Positions 58,118 through 64,000 of a stretch of DNA of 64,000 bases are shown one piece after another. The stretch is taken from positions 11,186 through 75,185 of the forward strand of contig JAHLWZ010000850.1 in the NCBI GenBank assembly GCA_020536535.1, given 5' to 3'. The notes below the pieces were generated by a model. That model worked only from the letters and a program-made list of their open reading frames with translations, was not told where the DNA came from and did not search any database. The DNA comes from Pelomyxa schiedti (Eukaryota; Protista; Evosea). Every line of letters begins with the position of its first letter. Position 1 is the first letter of the stretch. The translations under genes and the position numbers were made by a program.

Positions 58118-60740
58118 CTATTGGTTATTGGTCCACCCAAATGATTGCCTTTGTGGACTAACCGCCCTTCGTATATTTCCATTTCCACCAGCCTTGGAGA
58201 GGCTCACTCGTGTGCAGCCACAATTGTCCACCAATTCAACGGAAAGAAAGCAGAACGTCATATGGAAACCGCACAGGCGTCCTGTCCTATTCCTCCCATA
58301 ACAGTACCACGTTGGAATCCCCTCGCTGAAGAAGCACTGCATCACGAAATAGTGATGGTTCCGGGAACCAGACGAGCACTTCCAATCTTTTTTTTTCCTC
58401 TTCGAAATATGAAGTGGAGATGAGATGGTGCTTCCATCACCAAGAGACGAATCACAATGCTAAAAAGGCGTGTACTTGACTAAGAAGAAAGGGCTTTCAA
58501 CCTTATTGTATTTTATACATGCTGTTCACTAGAAAACATTGTTGGTTGGCAAAATCTCAAGGAGGGATTCATGTTGATGGAGGAGCTGTATGAGCCTCAC
58601 CACTTCTTCAATTGTTGATTCGCTGAGGTGCTTTGAGCTCAGCAGAGTGCGGGCCCATTCTTTTATTGTTGCCCATGTGGCAGGCTTGATGTGCTCTTTT
58701 CCAAGAATGTTGGTCTTGGAAAAATACTGTTGTTGATGTTATTGGTGCAAAGTTAGTTGTGTGGTTGAAATGAATATAAGCATACAGAAGCTATGTGTGG
58801 AATGGGGTAATTCTCTTGTATCCACATTATGAGTTGGGCAATCCCATCACCAGAGTAATCTGATGAAAGCAGTGAATAATTATGCAGTGCTGTAGACTCG
58901 TTCGTAACCAGGGTTTAGAAGGGCAGCAGAAAAACTTGATAGAAGTTTTTCCCAAGGCAGAGTAAGAAACTCACACAAAAAGTCTCTATGTCCCATTGAA
59001 CAGTCGCAAATCAATTCCACTCTTGTCCTTTGATTAGTGCACAATGGAATTAAAACTAACAAAGTCCACTGCAAGTATTTCAAACATAGCAACCTCACTC
59101 ACATCCAACGAATGTTCATCAAATTTTCTACACTTTTTTCCTCGGTTCCAGGTTTTATGGTTGGCTTCCCAGCCAATCTGCGCTTCACCATTTCTCTGAT
59201 GCCTTCTGGGCCACAGGAAAGAAGTGGTATATTATTTGAGTCCAAATACAGGATTTCTAATTCATTTGCTGTCTTGTTAACAACAATGCAGAACTTTGAG
59301 CTGTTAAGTCAAGGAAATCGAGAGAATGAAGTACCCAGTGTGAAGTACTTCCAACAACGAAAGCATGAGTAAAATTGTGAGAATTGGCACAGGCCTGGAA
59401 AGTCTTATAGAGTTGCGATGCTTGGTCTGCTTCAAAGAGGGAATTTGACACTGAGTTCTGACTGAAATCTAGAAGATTTGAAAAGTTTCTAAATCTCCGT
59501 GTAAGTACCTGGTAAAGCCGTAATATCTTGAGGAGACAGACCACATAAATCCTTCAAAAAGATTTCATCCTCAACAATCTTGTACCTTCAGAGTTGAGAA
59601 GAGTAAAGGGGAACAAAGGTGCACTCACAAGTACTCCCTCTCCAAAATTCCTGCATCAATATCTTTGGTTGTCCATGGGAAGTATCTTTTGTTTTCTATT
59701 AAAAGACTGTCAAGAGCTCTTTTAATAACTACTTGTTGCCGTTTCTCACAGCTTCTTTTTTGAGATAGTCCTGTGTGTGACATATAAACGATTGAAACCC
59801 TAGTAAAGGTGAATGAAATGCAAGAAGAGCACATTACCCACTTGGTATACTTGCAATTTCTTCGAGGGTTTCTCTGCTCACCTTTAAGTTTGGACATAGT
59901 GCACATACCCGAAATACAATTCCTGCATTATAAAGTGCATGATAGCCACATCTTCAAAGCAAATGTCAATATCACTATCACCCCCACGAATACAGGAATA
60001 AACAAGAACATTGAGAATGAATACATGTATGGGTTCCACTGGTGCACAACAGCCACCTGCCAAATGGGTTTATCTGGGTGCTTTTCCAAACACACTATTT
60101 CACTGGAACCAACCCCTCTCTTCAGCTTAACTCCGACCTCCCCACTTGATATCCTTCTCGTCCCATCACTCAACCTGCTACTACTCCTACTACTACTATC
60201 ATCACACCTCCCACCAGTATTAGAATCCAGAAGGTCGCGGGTCGCAGTTTCCGAGTCTGTTTCCGTTTCTATTATTGTTGTTGTTGTTGCTGCTGCTGCT
60301 GCTGCCGCCGCTGCTGCTGCTGTAGAAGACTCGGTCGCGGCGTCGTGATCCGTTGCCTGCACTGGGCCACGCGCCTCGCAGCCGCCTCTGTAGGGGTACA
60401 TGTCATAACCCCAGCAGGACGTGGACGCGCTCGCGGGGGGGTCCGCCCGCGTACTCAGCACCTCGGGCCCCAGCACCCTCACCGCTCCGCTCACGCGGAA
60501 TCGCTGCTGCGGCGCCGTCTCCGCCGAAGGCGCAGCGGTCACAACGTCCTTGCCGCCCTGGCTCACGGGCTCTGCGCCGCTCTCGCTCCCGCCCAACGAG
60601 GCAGCGACGGCAGCGGGGCTGAGAGGAGGGGCGTCGCGCACGACCCAGCGGATCACGCCCTCCACCCACCAGCGGGCCCAGTCTCGGTCGGCGGGGCTGG
60701 GATTGATCTCGGGCGGTGCAGCGTTGCCTTCCGTGGTCAT
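58118..60740 (-). CDS. Hypothetical multi-exon protein (a single gene is assumed)
   Basis: Long GC-rich first exon (MTTEGNAAPP..., poly-Ala/Thr tract, one hydrophobic stretch) followed by AT-richer minus-strand exons with GT-AG introns and a Cys/His-rich end (CSSGSRNHH...CYG...CGFH). No family recognised. Confidence 0.5.
60276..60321. repeat. (GTT)n/(GCT)n trinucleotide tract encoding poly-Ala/poly-Thr on the minus strand
   Basis: ttgttgttgttgttgctgctgctgctgctgccgccgctgctgctgct. Confidence 0.85.
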
Positions 60741-60900
60741 TTGTGTGTTGAAAAAATGCCACGATGATAAGGAAAAGCACAGCGTTCCGGTCTGTTGATT
60801 ATTTTATTCCGCCATTTCGTTGGAAGCAAGCTCGTTTACCCTTGGGGGTAAATCATCGAGTTATTTCCGTCAATAAATAGGTTCTCTTCCGAAATACAGT

Positions 60901-62860
60901 ATGGCAGGGCTCACGTCGACTCAGCCACAGAAGGTACGCACAAAGACAAAGAGTTTTTTGTTTGCGAAACGGACACACAGCCGGGATCGTGGTTCAAATA
61001 CACCGAAGGCACACTGGACAAATGGGACAGCAGATACAAGTGCGTGGTGTGCGACGCTCCTGCATTTCAGCCTCTGGTTCACGACTGTGGTGCTTGGCTC
61101 TGTGAGGCTTGTTGCTGCGGAATGGTATGCTGTTGAATGTTTCTATTTCGGATTTCTACTGGCCCAATGTTCAATGTCTCACTGTCAGTGACACCACACC
61201 ACCTTCGATAGTATTCGGGGCACTAACGGATGTAATAAAAGAGTACGACATGTCTGATTTGTGAGGAGGAACTGGAGGGAAGACTGAAACCTGTAATGGC
61301 AAAACCTATCGTCGCAAAACTATTGACCATTCAAGTGCACTGCCCTGTTTGCCAGGAAATATTCAATCGAGAATCACTCCTCTCCCACATTCCGCATTGT
61401 CCAATTGGTTAGTGCACAAGCTACTCAAAATTCACCCTTTTAAATCAAATCACAGACTGCCCAAAACAGTGCGGAGTAAAAGTAGCACCTATTTCTCAGG
61501 CAGAGCACGAACAAACTGATTGCCTAGCTGTGCTTGTGATTTGCGATCTCTGCCGAGCATCTGTTACAAGGAGATCAATGAAAGATATGTCACACAGACA
61601 ATTGGATTGCCCAATTAGTAAAACCCCTCCCAATTTACTGAGTCTGACCTGCGATTGTTGAAAAAAGATTGCCCAAATGGATGTGGGGAAAACGTGAAAC
61701 CAAGGCAGCTGGATGATCACCAATCAACATGTACCAAAGTGTCAGTCGCGTGTTGCTCCCAGTTCTGCACGTGGACTGGACTGAGGTGCGGTCTCAGTGA
61801 GCACATTCAATCTTGTGTTCTTGTCAAAACGAACCCTGTGTTGACCTCCCTGGCTTCTGAGAATAGAAGACTGACAGATCAGCTGGAAAACCAAGCTAGA
61901 ACGATCAAGGGAATGGAAGAAAGATCCAAGCACGAAATGTTGGAAATCATGGCAAGTATGCAACAGCTGACAAAACAACTGGAGATGTTGAAGAGTATAC
62001 AACCACCCCTGAGAGTTAAGTTCACAACACTCAATGGCCTTTTCAACACTGGGCCGACCATTGTGGACTATGTGTCACCATTCCAGGCAAGAGTAACGCT
62101 GTCAGGCGGGATTCAACAATGGGTGGTTCCTGTAACTGGAAACTATAAACTCACTGCCATTGGTGCAAGTGGTGGCGGCCCGAATGGGGGGCTTGGAGCC
62201 ATTGTTGTAACAACTTTGAACCTGCAACGAGGACAAACAATCAACATACTCGTTGGACAAACGGGTGATGGTTCATGGGTAGGTGGGGGTGGGGGTGGGA
62301 CATTCGTGTGGGAGAACGGAGCCACGGTGCAGGGCAGTGCTGCACCCACAACAAATGGCAAGATTCTGGTCTGTGCCGGCGGCGGTGGTGGTGCTGCTGG
62401 GATCAGACGGGGAGACCCAGCCTATTGCAAAGACTATTGGAGTGTTGGTGGCAAAGGGGGGAAGGGCGGCGGAGGCTGCGGTGCTGGGTGGTTGTCTGAT
62501 GGTGGCCCCAGTGAGAAGGGTGCAGGTCCGGGCCTCACCCCCATGCGCGGTGGTACTGGTGGTGCACCACATCCTAGTTATAGTGGTCGTGGGAGTGGTG
62601 GGTTTGGCGGGGGTGGTGGTTGTGGTTGCTGGGACAAAAGGAGCGGTGAAGAGAGTTCCACGGTTGATTTTGGTGGTGGCGGGGGTGGCTTCAGTGGTGG
62701 TAACTCTAACCTCGAGGGTGGCGGTGACGGCGGCACCTCGTTCATTTTCAATAAGAATACCCGGGTTGGGTCCTACAGTCGTCTGGCACCAGCACCTTGT
62801 GAGGGTTCAGTTGTCTTTCAACTGTTACCACCAAAAACCTTGGAACCCCTTTTTGGCTAG
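60901..62860 (+). CDS. RING-like + TRAF-type zinc-finger protein with coiled coil and a C-terminal ALK/LTK-like glycine-rich domain
   Basis: MAGLTSTQPQK|...CVVC...HDCGAWLCEAC...CLIC; CPVC...HIPHC; CPKQC; CPNGC...HQSTC; CCSQFCTWTGLR...HIQSC; then GIQQWVVPVTGNYKLTAIGASGG...LNLQRGQTINILVGQTG...GGGGGTFV...LVCAGGGGG, matching the ALK/LTK GR-domain pattern. Confidence 0.85.
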
Positions 62861-62894
62861 TGAGGTCGATGTAAAACGTTCTTTATTAATTATC

Positions 62895-64000
62895 TTATGG
62901 CTTGTGAGGGGGTTCTGAAGGTTTCACAGCAGTTGGATTGGTGCTTGTGGTTGATGTGTTGGGTCCAGTGGTTGGTGTTATTTGTGTAGGTGTGTCTTCC
63001 TGTGCATCACTGTCATTGGGATCAAGACAGAACAAAAGAGGGTCTGGGTCGAGAACAGGGAAAAGAAACCTTTTGGGAGTGTTACTTGCATACCCCACAT
63101 GCGACCCTCAACCATACTTTTCACTGTTCCAGGGTCTCAGTCTAATAGCGAGTGTGAATAATAATAATAAAAATGAGTCATTACATGGAGTCAGGAGTAA
63201 AGTGCTTCACGTGTGTCATGTGATCCAGAAGTAGTGTCTTCGATGCAAATATAGTATAACACTGCACGCAAGTATTGTTTTTAACAGAGCTCCGTATGAA
63301 ATTAACCAACATAACAGTATCGTAGTACGTCAACTCTTACATTACAGGCACTGATATTAGATCGGAAGGATTTAACAACAAAACCGCACCCCATTTGGAT
63401 TGTATTGCTGTCAAATTGAATAAGTGTTGCTCAGAGCAATGAGAAAGCATGAATGCCGAGCTATCGAATGTCATATCACAGAATAAACACAGGCAACATG
63501 TGTCAGATGCCTTTGGTTCTTCCTGCCAGTCGTCAATGGTGTCTCCAGTAGGGTCCTCCTCTGAGTCTTCATTCTCTCTTGGGTTTTGAAATAAACTGAG
63601 AGGAAACAGGGGAACGCTTGTTACCTCAAGGCCTGCTCGGGTGTGTAACTTGAAATGAAGAACCTGTCATACAGTCTTGTACTTGTTTAGTGTGGCTTAG
63701 GAGAAATTAATTATTAGTTCAATGCGGACTCATGTAGTACGGTAGTTTTGGGTTTATTCGCATATGTTTCTTGGTCTTCATGTGTTTTTTGAGAACTTGT
63801 TGACCCTTGAAAATACGTTCACAGTAGATACAACAATAGCTGTTGCGAAAGAAATGAGTATTTCAATGATGAAGTTGAACACACTTGTTGAATTTTGACC
63901 GTAGCAGCTCAATCAAATCAGCAACATATACAAGATTGTCAGGATTTCCAATTTTGAATTTGTGTTGGATAGCCATGTGCAGTACTAGTGGTGCCCTGCA
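62895..64000 (-). CDS. ZNF277: ZNF277-like C2H2 zinc-finger protein, 3' part (5'-truncated by the window edge)
   Basis: HMAIQHKFKIGNPDNLV, CIYCERIFKGQQVLKKHMKTKKH, DDWQEE...CLFCDMTF...HLFNL, YYDTVMLVNFIR, CVQC...HMTHVKH and FLFPVLDPDPLLFCL, collinear with the ZNF277 C-terminus. Confidence 0.85.

Noticed and set aside
1-64000. tRNA genes, rRNA, CRISPR arrays, transposases or terminal inverted repeats
   Set aside because: None seen. TTCGAxTCC-like hits (~46060, ~54117) lie within coding exons without cloverleaf context, and there is no regularly spaced repeat-spacer array.

Overview
Eukaryotic nuclear DNA, not prokaryotic: a very compact region with dense short GT-AG introns and about 24 protein-coding genes, many only 30-260 bp apart. 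Housekeeping and signalling genes (SEH1, RPL37, GH47 mannosidase, RasGEF, DPP4-type peptidase, talin, two kinases, WIPI/Atg18, importin-5, DUSP, an EF-hand protein, ZNF277) are interleaved with intron-containing enzymes of prokaryotic anaerobic type. These are an aldehyde:ferredoxin oxidoreductase (AOR, W/Mo-pterin family), a cob(I)alamin adenosyltransferase, a group B-like [FeFe]-hydrogenase, a bacterial-like MetK and a GxGYxYP-type glycosidase. This mix suggests an anaerobic amoebozoan (Archamoebae, Pelomyxa-like); that assignment is inference. Two RNA genes that an ORF track cannot show were read directly from the sequence: U1 snRNA (53496-53655) and an SRP RNA that appears to lack the Alu domain (46410-46642). 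The best novelty candidates are: (i) a major-vault-protein paralog truncated after repeat 7 and ending in a transmembrane anchor; (ii) an apparently intact spliced eukaryotic AOR, with a cobalamin adenosyltransferase 88 bp downstream and a structured upstream element; (iii) two RING/TRAF-zinc-finger proteins whose MATH domain is replaced by unrelated C-terminal modules. Gene models were spliced by eye, so internal exon boundaries are approximate.
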